Assembly: GCF_009834535.1 (NCBI RefSeq) | Contig: NC_045696.1 | Location: 88,538,001 to 88,602,000, forward strand | Reading direction: 5' to 3' | Origin: Camelus ferus | Taxonomy: Eukaryota | Length of the DNA stretch: 64,000 bases | In this document: piece by piece, positions 26,690-39,821 of the stretch | Layout of the letters: each line of letters opens with the position of its first letter | How positions within the stretch are numbered: the stretch's first letter is position 1 | Translations under genes and position numbers: made by a program | The notes under the pieces: generated by a model | The model's database searches: none | What the model saw: the letters and a program-made list of their open reading frames with translations, nothing else | Told to the model about the DNA's origin: nothing

Positions 26690-27760
26690 CCCATCTTGAA
26701 GTGGGGCACCCTAGGGCAGAGTTCAGAACTCTTCCTCAATGACACTCCCTAGCTGGTCTCATCCAGTCCAGTGGCTTTAAATATCATCTATCTGCTGCTG
26801 ATTTCCAAACTTTTATTTCCAGCCCTGATCTTTCCTGATGTTTTGGACTCACATATTCACTTACCTTCTTGACCTAACTTAGTTTTGGATGTGTCTGAGA
26901 TGCTAACAGCCTGATACTATCCCAGCAAACGTGTTCGTCTTGTAGTGTTCCCTGCCTCAGCGCACAGTAACTCCATCCTCACAGCAGCTTGGGCTAGGAC
27001 ACGTTGAGTCATCCTGGACTCTTTCTTCCCTCACACTTCACATCCAATCAATTAGAATCCCCACTGGCTCCACCTTCACAAGGTACCCAGATCTGACACT
27101 TCTCACACTTCGTTTCTACCATTTGGTCTCCGCCACCTTCATTTCTCTCTTGACTTTCCTCCCGGTGTCCCTTTCCTCCCTCCTTAAGTCTGTTATCCAC
27201 CCCGCTGCCGGAGACCATCCTGCTCAGCATTCTCCAATAGTTCCCATCTGATCACAGTGAAAACAAAGTCTATATGATGGTCCACAAAGTCAGTGCCCTG
27301 CACCCAAATATATCTCTGATCTAAGCTCCTATTCCACTCCCATGCCCACTCTCCTCAAGATAATGGACTCGTGGCTCTTCCCCAAACAAATCAAGCTGCT
27401 TCTGCCTCTGGGCCTTTGCCCTGGATAGCCCCTCTACATGGAAGAGTCTTCCTTGGATACCTACCTTTCATCTTCCTTCATTTTCCTCAGATATTTAAGT
27501 TCAAATGTCTTCTCCATGTGGCTTCCCTTGACGACACTGTATGTAGCAGCATTCCTCTTGTGCCCTACCATTCCTTTCTCTCCCACTCTTTCTCCAGATC
27601 CTTTAACACCATCTGACACACTGTATATTTACTTGTTTATAATCTCCCCACATTAGAATATAAGTCCAAAGGTGTAAGGATTTTGTTCTTTTACTGCTAA
27701 ATTCCTGTCTAAACAAAACCTCACTCATAGCATGTGCTCAATAAATGTTAAGTGACAGAA
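26690..27760 (+). mobile_element. L2 LINE 3' portion (about 1 kb)
   Basis: L2 motifs 'tggctttaaatatcatcta', 'gagtcatcctggactc' and tail 'catagcatgtgctcaataaatgtt'. Confidence 0.8.
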
Positions 27761-28356
27761 TGACTGGGATGGTAAAAGGAGTTATTAAAAGTGGCACATT
27801 CTCCTAGTGGCCTAAGGAAAGGAGTCATATTGGAGGGGGTAGAATTTCAGAAGGTATTATATGGCATAAAAGCTTCAAGCACCACAGTGAAGAGAAAAGG
27901 AAAGGGATTTTGAGGAAAATCAATTATTAAAAAAACTTTTTTTCCATTTCACCTTCAGCATTCTTCAACATTTATTGACATTTAAAAAATAATTTAATTG
28001 TGGTAAAAAATAAAATGTATCCTCTTAACCATTTTTATTAAACATTTTTTTATTGAAGTATAGTTGATTTATAATGTGTTACTTTCAGGTGTACAACAAA
28101 ATAATTCAGTTATATATATATATATATTTTTCCGATTATTTTCCACTACAAGTTATTACAAGATATTGAATATAGTTCCCTGTGCTACACAGTAAATCCT
28201 TGTTGCTACCTATTTTATATAAAGTAGTTTGTCTCTGTTAATCCCGTTCTCCTAATTTATCTCTCCACCTCTCCCTTTCCCTTTTAGTAACCATAAGTTT
28301 GTTTTCTATGTCTAAGTCTGAGTCTGTTTTGTATATACATTCATTTGTATTATTTT

Positions 28357-31300
28357 TTAGATTCCACATATAAGTGGTATCACATGATATTTTTCTTTCT
28401 CTGTCTTACTCAGCTTAGTATGATAATCTCTAGGTCCATCTATGTTGCTGCAAATGGCATTATTTCATTCTTTTTAATGGCTGAATAATATTCTTGTGTG
28501 TGTGTGTGTCTGTCTGTGTCTGTGTATATATATATATATATATATCTCACATCACATTTTCTTAAGCCAATCGTCTGTCAGTGGGCACTTGGGCTGTTTC
28601 CATGTCTTGGCTGTTGTAAATAGTGCTGCTATGAACATTGGGGTGCATGTATCTTTTCAATTAGCATTTTCATCTTTTCCAGATATATTCACAGGAGTGG
28701 GATTACTGGATTATATGGTAGCTCTATTTTTAGCTTTTTAAGGAACCTCCACTGTTTTTAATAGTGGCTGAATCAATTTACATTCCCACTAACAGGGTAG
28801 GAGGGTTCCCTTTTCCCCACACCCTCTCCAGCGTTTATTATTTGAAGGCCTTTTGATGATGGCCATTCTGATACCTCATTGTCATTTTGATTTGCATTTC
28901 TGTAATAATAATGTTGAGCATCTTTTCATGTGCCTGGTGGCCTTATGTATGTCTATTTTGCAGAAATGTCTATTTAAGTCTTCTGCTCTTATGATTGGGC
29001 TTTTTTTTTTTTTATACTGAGTTGTATGAGCTTTTTGTATATTTTGGATATTAATTCCTTGTTCGTCCATTGTTAATCTTCTCTCCCATTCTGTAGGTTA
29101 CTTTTTGTTTTGTTGATGGCTTCCTTTGCTGTGCAAAAGCTTTTAAGTTTGATTAAGTCGAATTTGTTTATTTTTGCTTCTGTTTCTTTTGCCTTGAGAG
29201 ACTGATCTAAGAAAACACTGCTACAATTTATGTCTGATAATGTTTTGCCTATGTTCCCTCCTAGGAGATTTGTGGTGTCTGTCTTATATTCAGGTGTTTA
29301 GACTATCTTGAGGTGACTTTTGTATATGGTGTGAGAGAGTGTTCTATTTTCATTATTTACATGTAGCTGCCCAGCTTTTCCAACACCTCTTGTTGAAGAG
29401 ATTGTCTTTTTCCATTGTAGATTTTTGCCTTTGTCATAGATTAATTGACTGCAGGTGTGTGGGTTTATTTCTGGGACCTCTCTTCTGTTCCATTGGTTTA
29501 TATATTTGTTTTTGTGCTACTACTACACTATTGTGGTTACTGTAGCTCTGTGCTATTGTCTAAAGTCTGGGAAGGTTATGCCTCCAGCTTTGTTCTTTTT
29601 CCTCAGGACTGCTTTGGCAATTCTGGCTCTTTTGTGGTTCCATATATATTTTAGGATTACCTATTCTAGTCCTGTGAAAAATGTCCTGGGTATTTTGATA
29701 GTTTTTGCATTAAATTTGTAGATTGCTTTGGGTAGTATGGCTGTTTTAACTATATTCTTCCAATCCAAGAGCATTGGCTATCTCTCCATTTCTTTGAATT
29801 ATTAGCAGTTTTCTTTATCAATGTTTTATAGTTTTCAGTACAAAATTCTTTTACCTTCTGGCTAAGTTTATTTTTACATATATCATGCCATTTTAAAAGG
29901 ATTTTAAAAAACTTTTTGATTTTTATTTTTAGTGTAAAGAAATGCAAAAGAATTTTGTATATTAACCTTGTATCCTGCTACCTCGTTGAATTCATTTATT
30001 AGTTCTAATAGTTTTTGTGTGGAGTCTTTAGGTGTCTATATAGAATGTCATGTCATCCGCAAATAGTGACAGTTTTACCTCTTCCCTTCCAGTTTGGGTA
30101 CCTTTTATTTCTTTTTCTTCTCTGATTGCTGTAGCTAGGACTTTAAATACTACATTGAAGAGAAATGTTAAGAGTGGGCATCTTTGTCTTGTTCTGGAGT
30201 TTAGCAGGAATGCTTTCATCTTTTCACCGTTGAGTATTATGTTGGCTGTGGGTTTGATGTAATGGCTTTTATTATGTTGAGATATGTTCTCTCTATACCC
30301 ACTTTGGTGATAGGTTTTACAATGAATCGATGTTAAATTTTGTCAAATGCTTTTTCTATATCTATTGAGATAATCATTTAATTTTTGTCTTTGGTGATGT
30401 GGTGTATCACACTGGTCGATTTGCGTATGTTGAACCATCCCTGCGACCCTAGAATGAATCCAACTTGATCATAGCATATGATCCTTTTTATGTATTGTTG
30501 GACTCAGTTTGCTAATATTTTGTTGAGGATTTTTGCATCTATATTTGTCAAAGATATTGGTCTTTAGTTTTCTTTTTTTTTTTGTAGCATCTTTGGTTTT
30601 GGTATCAGGGCAATGGTGGATTCATAGAATAACTTAGGGATGTTCCTTCATCTTCAGTCTTTTGGAAGAGTTTGAGAAGGATAGATACAAGTTCTTCTTT
30701 TTATGTTTGGTAGAACTCCCCAGTGAAGCTATCTGGTCTTAGACTTTTGTTTGCAAGGACTTTTTAAGTTACAGATTCTATTGCACTTCTAGTGATTGGT
30801 CTGTTCAAATTATCTGTTTCTGATTGACTCCATGTTGGCAGGCTGTGTTTCTTGAAACTTGTCCATTTCTTCTAGTTGTCCAATTTGTTGACATATAACT
30901 CTCCATAGTATTCTATGATTTTTTTTCTTTTTCTGCATTATCATTTGTTATTTCTCCTTTTATTCCTTATTTTGCCTATTTGGTTCCTCTCTCTTTTCTT
31001 CTTGGTAAGCCTGGCCAAAGGTTTGCCAATTTTGTTTATCTTTTCAAAAAACCAGCTCTTGGTTTATTGATCTTTTCTATTAATTGTTTATTTCTATTTT
31101 ATTTACTCACTCTCTGATTTTTATTATTTCCTTACTTCTGCTGACTTGGGTTTTATTTGTTCTTCTTTTTCAATTTTTTTTAAAGTGGTAGGTTAGGATG
31201 TTTATTTTAGATTTTTCTTGAGGAAGGCCTGTATTGCTATGAACTTCCTTAGAACTGCTTTTGCTCCATCCCATTGATTTGTAAGGTTATGCTTTCATTG

Positions 31301-32096
31301 TCATTTTCTTGACGTATTTTCTAATTTCATCTTTGATTTCATCATTGACCCCTTGGTTTTTAATAGCATGTTGTTTAGTCTCCATGTGATCATTTTATTT
31401 TCCTGTTTTTCTTTCTGTGGCTGTTCTAGTTTCATACTGTTGTGGTCAGAAAAGATGCTTGAAATAATTTCTATCCTCTTAAATTTGTTCAGGCCTGTTT
31501 TGTGACCTAGTATGTGGTCTATCCTACGGAATGTTCCATGCATGCTTGAAAAAAAAGTGTATTCTGGTTTTTGTTTTTGGATGTAGTGTCCTCTAGATAT
31601 CAATTAAGTCCACCTGGTTTATTGTGTTATTGAGGATCTCTGCTGCCTTGTTTATTTCTTATCTGGAAGATCTGTCCATTTTTGTTAGTGAGTTAATGTC
31701 TCTATTATTGAATTCCTGTCAGTTTCTCCCTTTATGTCTGTTAGTAATTGTTTCATACTTAGGTGCTTCTATATTGGGTGCATCTGTGTTAATGAGTGGA
31801 ATATCCTTTTGTTTTGTGTCCACAGTGTCCTTCTTTGTCTTTCTTTGATTTTTTTAAGTCCACTTTCTCTGAAATAAGTATTTCTAGCCCCGCTTTCTTG
31901 TCATTTCCACTTACATGAAATATCTTTTCCCATCTCCTCACTTTGATTCTGTATGTGTCTTTCGCCCTGAAGTGAGTTTCTTATAGGTAGCATAAGATAA
32001 GTTCTTGTTTTTTAATCCATTCTGCCACTCTATATCATAAGCATTTTGCCCACTGACATTTAAAGTAATAATTGATAGGTATGTACTTATCGCAAT
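28357..32096 (-). pseudogene. Disrupted L1 ORF2 (endonuclease/reverse transcriptase)
   Basis: Fragments: EN 'EYTFFSSMHGTFRRIDHILGHK...FSDHN' (31301..31603); RT '[11 protein letters not shown]...LSLFADDM' (30028..30219); C-terminal 'AEDLNRHF...MKRCST' (28882..29070). Many stops and frameshifts; the start codon appears mutated to ATT. Confidence 0.9.
28496..28544. repeat. Compound (TG)n/(TA)n microsatellite inside L1
   Basis: tgtgtgtgtg...tatatatata seen directly. Confidence 0.9.
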
Positions 32097-32559
32097 TTTA
32101 AGCCTTGTTTTCCAGTTGGTTTTGCAGGTTTTCTTTGTTCATTTCTTAGCCTTTTTGGTTTTTGTTTTGTGGTTTGATGGTTTTGTTTTTTATTATGCTT
32201 GAGTTCCTCTCTTTTTGATTTTTGTGACTCTATTACATGTTTTTGATTTGTGGTTACCGTGGTTTTCAAGTACGTTGACCCATAACTATATCTTCTTACA
32301 CTGATAGTCATGTAAGTTCAAACATATCCAAAAGATCTATATTTTTTACTTCTAACCCCTATGTTTTGTGATTCTTGATATCCTATTTCACATCTTCATG
32401 TTTATCCTTTTGCTGTGAATTATAGTTATAATCACTTTTACAAAAATGATTGTTTTTAATCTATGTACTGACTTATTTAAGTGATCCTCAACCCTTTTAT
32501 ATATTTGCCTTTCTTATTGTGGTTTTTCCCTTCCCTATATACTGTTGCTCCCTTTTTAT

Positions 32560-33600
32560 TCAGAGAAGAACTTTCAATATCTCTTTTAGTGTAGCTTTAG
32601 TGTTGATGTATTCTTTTAGTTGTTGTTACTGTTTTGTCTGAGAAATTCTTTATTTCTCCTTCTTTCCTAAATGATAATCTTGCTCGGGAGAGTATCATAG
32701 CTGCACGTTCTTCCCTTTCAGGACTCTGCTTGTATTGTTTGTTTTTTATGAGAGGTAGGTAAGTAGGTTTATTCATTTTTATTTCTGCTTGGAGGAGGTA
32801 CTGGGGATTGAACCCAGGACTTCTTGTGTGCTGAGCATGCGCTCTACCACTTGAGCTATACCCTTCCCCACCTTTCAGGACTCTGAATGTATTCATGCCA
32901 CTCTTCTGGCCTGTAAAGTTTCTGCAGAGAGATAATCAGCTGAGACCCTTATGAGGGTTCCCTTGTAACTGACTCTTTGTTTTTCTCTTGCTGCCTTTAG
33001 AATCTTCTTTATCTTCAACCTTTGCTATTTTAACTATGATATCTCCCAGTGTGGGTTTGTTCTGGTTCATCTTGTTTGGGACCCTCTGTGCTTCCTATAC
33101 TTGGATATCTGTTTCCTTCTTTAGGTTTCAGAAGCTTACAGCCATAATTTCTTCAAATACATTTATGATCCCCCTTCTTCTTTCTTCTTCTGGAATCCCT
33201 ACTATGTGTAGGCTGGCACACTTTATATTATTCCATAGATCTTATATGTTGCGTTCATTTTTAAAATTTGTTTTTCTGTCTGCTGTTCTCACTGAGTGAT
33301 TTCTATTATTCTATTTTCCAGATCACTTGTTCATTCTGTGTTAGTCTGCTATTCATTGCTTCTAGATTGGGTTTTATCTCAGTAATTGAGTTGTCTAATT
33401 TTGATTGGTTCTTCTTTATAGTTTCTGGTTCCTTGTTGCAGTGATATGCCTTTCTATTGATAATCTTTCTTAGCTCCTTTAGCATTTTTATTACTTCCTT
33501 TTTGATTATGGGGTCTAATAGACTGGAGAGGCCTGTTTCATTATTCTGTCAGGGGATTTCTCTTGTTCTTTTAATTGGAGTAGTTTCTTTGCTTTTCCGT
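32560..33600 (-). pseudogene. Disrupted L1 ORF1
   Basis: C-terminal 'ARLSFRKEGEIKNFSDK' (ORF 32597..32896). ORF1-like N-terminal 'aattaaaagaacaagagaaatcccctga' on the minus strand. Interrupted by a SINE; limits approximate. Confidence 0.8.
32729..32870 (-). mobile_element. vic-1-like SINE inserted in L1 ORF1
   Basis: tRNA-like head. Perfect 15-bp TSD cctttcaggactctg at 32714-32728 and 32871-32885. Confidence 0.93.
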
Positions 33601-35030
33601 TTCACTTAACTGTTTCTTATAAATTCATAGTGATAGGGAAATTTATCTACTGTGGTCTTAAAGGAATATTTTGATGTGGAAGTGTCCCTGTGTAGAATGT
33701 GTGAGTCCAATATTTTTGGTATGATGGCTGTTCTTGGTATCAGTGCCAGCCACATCTGTCCTCAGAGTGTGCTGGCTGATATCCCCTTAATAGTGGGTGT
33801 GATTGCTGCTGTGGTGTCCAGAGCCTGCACTGGATGTTGGTTGGGGCCTCCTCTTTGCTCTCTGGCTGTCACAGCTCTTTCGGGGCCAGGGTCTGCTCCC
33901 CAGTTGTTGGAGTTGAAACCCTGAGGATCAGGTCTTATAAAGCTCTGTTGCCCTTAAGTGTCGGCTCTGTCTGAAAGAAAGTGAGTGCTGAAGCAGATGA
34001 GGCCCCTGTGATCACAAGGAATCTATGTGCTGCCAGGATAGGCATCTGCAGTTCTGCTCAGAAGCAGCTAAGGTCACATCGCATTTCATATTGTGTTCAT
34101 CCCAGAGCTAGTGTTAGGCTGGCACTGGGGGCTGGGGTGTTGTGGCTGCAGGAACTGAGGAGATTGTACTGCCACCTGGGACCTGGGCAGCCTCTGTAGG
34201 AGGTATTTTCCATGACTTGTGCTCCTCAGATCTGGCTCCAAGCTGCAGTGTGAGTGGGTGGGACTGGAGGGCTCTCACCAGGAAAGAAACTGCTGCATCC
34301 TCCTCCCCAGGGGCTGTCCACTAGAGATGTAAGACTCTGTGATGCCACCTGGTATGAGCAACAACAAGGTCCACTGCTGCTGGACCCAATCCCAGACCCA
34401 TTCCTTGCCATGTGTGTTCTGACAATGGGACCCACTGGTGGACCTGCACCTGCTGTGTGCAAGCTGACAATGGGCTCCAGATTCAGCCTGGATCACGCTC
34501 CATGCCCCCTGGGCTGTCTCTGTACAGCTAGACCGAGTCCTCTCCCAGGACCCTCCTGCTCAAGTTTCAGCACCTAGCTGCTGAGCGTACTAATAGCTCT
34601 GCCCAGAGAGCATACTGAGCTCGGAAGTGCAGTGAGGTGGCAGCTGTCAGCATGCTGGTCTCTCTCTGAGCTGATTGCTAGTAAGCTAGCACACATGCAC
34701 TCCTCGTGATCAGAGTCCAGCCTCCTCCAGCCTCCTCCAGCCCTTCTTTCTGTCCCAGTGGACTTCTCAGCAAGCAAGAGGCTTCCCAGGATGAGAGCCT
34801 GCCCATGGGGACCCCCCTCGTCCACAGATCCCTCCCAGGGGCGCCAGTCCTGATGCCTTTTTTCCACCCCCATCCTACCAGTTACGTGAGGATCTTTCTC
34901 GCAGCTTAGATTGTGTACGAGATCTGCCAGTTTTCAGTGAAAATTGTTCTATAGGTAGACGTACTTTTGATGTGCTTGTGGGGGGAGGTGAGTGCCATGT
35001 CCTCCTTCTCTGCCATCTTGATCCACCCCC

Positions 35031-36112
35031 CTTGAACCATTTGTAATTGTACAGTTCAGTTAACTATATTCATGTTGTGTAACAGATCTTTAGAACTTTT
35101 TCATCCTTTAAAATGAAAACTCTATATCAACTGAACAAGTCTCCATTTCTCCCACCCTAGCCGCTTGCATACACCATTCTACTTTGTGTTTCCATAAATC
35201 TGACCACTCTCTAGCATTATATGAGATATAGAGTATCTCATAAGTGGAATCATACATTTGTCCTTTTGTGATTGGCTTATTTCACTTGGGATAATGTTCT
35301 CAAGGTTTATCCATACTGCAGCATGTGATAAGATTTCCTTCTTTTTAAAGGTTGAATAATACCCCGTTGTATGCATATACTACTTTCTCTTTATCCATTC
35401 ATCTATTGATGAACATCTGGGCTGTTTCTACCTCCTGGCCATTGTGAACAATGTTGTAGTGAACATGGCTGTGCTGATACTGCTTCAAGATCCTGATTTC
35501 AATTCTTCTGGATATATTACTAGAAGTGGGATTGCTGGATCATACAGTAATTCTATTTTTAGTTTTTTGTGTGACCTCCATACTGTTTTCAGCTACACCA
35601 TTTTACATTCCCACTACCATTCAGCACCAGCAAAGGGTTCCAGTTTCTCCATATCCTCACCAACACTTGTTATTTCCTGTTTCATGTGTTTTGTCTTTTT
35701 GATAGTAGCCATCCTAACAGGTTTGAGGTGGTATCTCACTGTGGTTTTGATTTGTACTTCTCTGATGATTAGTAGCACTACATCTTTTCATATGCTTGTT
35801 GACCATTTATATCTTTTTTGGAGAAATATCTACTAAAGTCTTTGTCTGTTTTTAAATCAGGTTTTGTTGTTGAGTTGGAAAAGTTCTTTGTATATTCTGG
35901 ATATTAATCCCTTATTAGATGTATGATTTGCAGTTGTTTTTTCCTATTCTATAGGCTGCCTTTTCATTCCATTGATTATTTCCTTTGATGTGCAGAACTT
36001 TTTAAAGTTTGATGTATTTTTGCTATTTATTTTTTGCTTTTGTTGCCATATCCACAAAATTATTGCCAAATCCAGTGTCATGAAGCTTTCCCCCTGTTTA
36101 CTTCTAGGAGTT
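35031..36112 (-). mobile_element. Older L1 (L1MA/MB-like) 3' fragment; its extreme 3' end lies at about 27975-28037
   Basis: ORF 35179..35376 'YYSTFKKKEILSHAAVWINLENIIPSEISQSQKDK' is an ORF2 C-terminus. 'aattgtggtaaaa...cttaaccatttt | tgtacagttcagt' rejoins across the younger L1. Confidence 0.88.
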
Positions 36113-36474
36113 ATATTGTTTTATACTCAAACTTTACTTTTTAAAAATAATCAGATAAGCAGATAGTTAATACTTAAGTTTATCTTTTTTGGTCTATATT
36201 TAATTCTGCAAAATTTTAGTGACATTTATGGTATTATTAATGCAATTTTTTATTTTAGTGGTAATTCATCAGCCTTTTCATTCATAGCTTCTAGATCTGG
36301 AGTCATACTTAGGAAGACCTTTCCTACCTTGAGATTATAAGCAAAACTTACTCAGATTTCTTCTAAGATTTAAATTTTTATATTTTAATCTTTGCTTCTT
36401 CTGAAATTTATTTCATTCTCACTCATTTTTGCAAGTCTCAGTCCTATCTATCTTTCAAGGTCCAGTCTAAAGAA

Positions 36475-36710
36475 TAACAGCTAAACCTTTGTGAGGAACT
36501 TATGTTCTAAGTGCTTTACATGTCATAACTCACTTAATACTCAGAAGAGATTCATAAGGTAAACACTATTATTTTCATTTCCTAGGTAAGGAAACTGAGT
36601 CACAGACAGCTTACTTAGTAACTTGCCCAAAGTTACTCAGTAAGTGACAGAGGATTTAAACCCAGGCAAGGCTGGTTGAAGATCACGTTTTTAATTGCTA
36701 TGCTGAGCTA
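36475..36710 (-). mobile_element. MIR SINE
   Basis: 'ttctaagtgctttacatg...aggaaactgagtcacaga...gtaacttgcccaaagttac'. Confidence 0.8.
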
Positions 36711-37532
36711 CCCTCTCAGCTACCACTCTTTCCATAACACTTACCCACGCTGAGCTTGAGCTGGCTCTCTCCTTTCCCTGAACTCTAGAAAACCTGTACT
36801 CCTCACTTTTTAAAACCTTAGATCATAGTTAATTGCATACATATCCTGCTACTTCAAAGAGTAGCTTTCATATCAAATTCACCTTTATTTCCCACAGAAA
36901 CCAGTATTATGCAGAAAGCTCAATAAATATTTATTAGGTGAATAAATACATAAATTAGAAAACTGCTTAAAATGTAAATACCTTAGGAGGGTTCACATTA
37001 ACTTCACATTATGTTATGAGTGGTTGATAAAAGATCTTTTCCAATTCTAATTAGGAGAGAGAAGAAAGAAGCTTGAGGGCATTGATAACTAGTGATGTTT
37101 TTAATAGGAGGAAAAAAGAAGGCCTTAGGGGCATCTTAAATTATATTTAAGATATAATTTTTTATGGCTGGGCCTGATATATAAATACATAATATAGAGT
37201 TTCATGTATTTTCCTATCATTGGGAAAAGCTGGTTTTGTTTGCTTTAAAACCATAGGCTTTTAGTTCCTAGGGTGTTTTTTTTGCAATTTAGTCTATAGA
37301 ATGCTCTGAGAATTGGCTACATAATAATTGGTCTGTGATTCTTAGAAGAATAACATGTGAAAGGAAGAAACAATTATTGTTATTAGATAATAAAAAATGA
37401 CAATTATTTATAGACAATCTTAAATCTTAATAGTTTGAAGTAGACTCAAACCATGTTCTTGAAATTAAATTCCTAAGGAACAGTTTAAATACATCTGAAT
37501 TTTAGTTAATAAAATTAATTCTTCAATAATCT

Positions 37533-37905
37533 GTTTTTTAAAACTGAGGTTTAATTGACATACAGCATTATATTGGTTTCAGGTGTACAACATAATGATT
37601 CAATATTTGTATATACTGCAAAAAGATCACTACGATAAGTCTAGCTAACATCCATTACCACAGTTAGATTTTTTTTCTTGTGAGAACTTTTAAGATTTTC
37701 TTTCTTAGCAACTTGCAAATATGCAATACAGTCTTATTAACTATAGTTGCCATGCTGTGCAGTACATTCCCATGAGTTATTTATTTTATAGCCGGAAGTT
37801 TATACCTTTTGACTCCCTTCATCCTCGACAACCACCAATCTTTCTGTATCTCTGAGCTTTTTGTTTCTGTTTTTTTTTTTTTTTTTGATTCCTTGTATAA
37901 CTGAG
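37533..37905 (-). mobile_element. L1 (L1MA-like) 3'UTR fragment
   Basis: 'aattgacatacagcattatattggtttcaggtgtacaacataatgattc...gcaactt.caaatatgcaataca'. Confidence 0.8.
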
Positions 37906-38294
37906 AAATTATCTGGTATTTTTATCATTCCCTGAAAGGAAGCACCCAGCATAGCCTTTAATGTGGTCACTGATGGATTAAAGAGGTTTTAGTCAGATAC
38001 ATCTTCAAGTTGTGTAAAGTGTTGGCAGAAAGGAAAAAAAAAATCCAATGATGTTTAAGAATGTACTCCACAGTGCTACTGGGGAGACATTCCTAAAATG
38101 ATGCCAGTAAACCTGGGATCAACCCAGATGATTATTTTTAGTTGGTAAATGTCTCCAGTATATCTTATAAAAATGGCAAAACACTACATACTGGGAAACA
38201 GTTTTTCTTAGAAATCAATGCAATACATAAACCAGAAATGTGAAAAACAGACTACTCCACTGGAAATTTACTTTTAAAAGCCTTTAATAACATT

Positions 38295-38324
38295 TTGTTG
38301 TTGTTGTTGTTGTTGTTGTTGTTG
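38295..38324. repeat. (TTG)10 microsatellite
   Basis: Direct count. Confidence 0.95.
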
Positions 38325-39273
38325 CCAAATTCAGTGGCCTTCTCATCCTCGTTTTTCTTGATTTTCCTTATTATATATTTGACCCTGCTTACTGGTCATG
38401 TGTTTGTTGGCTTTTACTGGTCACATTTTGAAACTTATTTCTTTCTTAGCTTCTGATATATGCATGTTCTTGAACTGCTTCTAACCTCTTTGAATGTTAC
38501 TTCACTAGCTCCTTTGCTAGATCACCTTCTTCTATACTTTGTATGTGTTCTTTAAGGTTCATTCTTTGCTTTGCCATCCTTCACTGTTTTGAGTTATAGC
38601 TTCAGCTTCAAAGTCTCTATTGGAAATCTGAGTGTAAGTGTAGCTTCATCCAATTTCTTGCCTCTAACCTCTAATTACTTAAAGTACATGTATATTCAAA
38701 TCTTTCATTATCAACTTGCTGTATCAAAGAACTGCTCCTTTTTATGACCTGCTTATTCAATCATCTCTTCATATAACAAACATTTACTAAATGTCTATTA
38801 TGTGCTAGATTCTATGGCTGCAAATGTGAACACGACAGATGCTGCTCTGGATCACCTCAGTCTTGGGAAGGAAAAACACCTGTAACTCAGTACTTGGAAT
38901 ACAAATACACAAAAGATTTTGAAGCCATAAAACTGCCACTTTCATTTGAATATTTTTGAATTGGGCTGCACATTCTCTCTTGATTCTGAGAAAGAGAGTT
39001 TTAGTGAGCCAAATGTAAGAACCTTTGCCTTGTTTTTGGTGAAGTCTTGAACAAGCAAAATGACCTAAATTATAGAAGCCTCAGATTGAGATATTGGCAT
39101 CGTAAATTGGGCATGTGAGCAGAAATTTGAAAGTCACTAGGTGATTTCAATTAAACTCTGAGGAATTACAGGAAGCTATGTCCTTGCTAAGGTCAGAGTT
39201 GGAGGATCAAGGTGGTTGCATCTAAAAAATGATTATGCCTGGCATAGCAGCAATCTGCTAACAGTGTAGCAGA

Positions 39274-39821
39274 TGTCAGGGAGGAAGAAATTTTCCTCTA
39301 CCTTTCTAAGTTCTTCTGGCTGGTCTAAGAATTAAATTGACATGAGATAGATTAACAGGAAAAAAATCAAAAGATTAATAACACACATACATGGGAGAGA
39401 CCCAGGAAAACTGAGTAGCAATGTCTGAAACCCTCACCTTAAATACTATCTTCAAGCTAAAGACAAAACAGGACGGTGGGGGTAGTGGTTTAGCACTTCA
39501 AAGGAGAAGGCAATTCATATGGAGATGAAAAGCAAATGTTTGATAAACACAGGTATGCTGGGCCCTGCAGAGACAAAAGGACAGAGAATGGACTTGATTT
39601 CTAGGCCCTGCTGTTTCCCCCACCACACTTGGTCTATACTCTTTGCAGAGATCTCTGGTGATAGCTCTATTCCAGGAACAGGTCCTGTATCTAAATTCTT
39701 TTAGGCAGTTAAGGGAGAGGTAACAAGAAAAACTTCCTGAGTTTTCTTAAAAACAATCAACCTACATTAATCTTCATGCCAAAGAGACATATTTTGGGGT
39801 AGAAAAGTTTGCTCCTCTATA
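39274..39821 (-). mobile_element. ERV1-class solo LTR
   Basis: About 550 bp, TG...TA ends, 4-bp TSD CAGA (39270-39273, 39822-39825). Homologous to 42042-42463 in reverse complement. Confidence 0.8.

Larger units (their letters stand above)
28038..35030 (-). mobile_element. Full-length, degraded LINE-1 (5'UTR-ORF1-spacer-ORF2-3'UTR)
   Basis: The minus-strand 5' end reads GGGGGGTGGATCAAGATGGCAG (YY1-type L1 start). ORF1, EN, RT and C-terminal motifs occur in order, with a T-rich tail at left. Degenerate TSD ctt(g)aaccattt[t/g]ta at 28024-28037 and 35031-35045. Confidence 0.95.

Noticed and set aside
28038..35030. Active retrotransposon or novel reverse-transcriptase system
   Set aside because: Standard L1 layout with many stops and frameshifts, mutated start codons, a SINE in ORF1 and a CpG-depleted 5'UTR.
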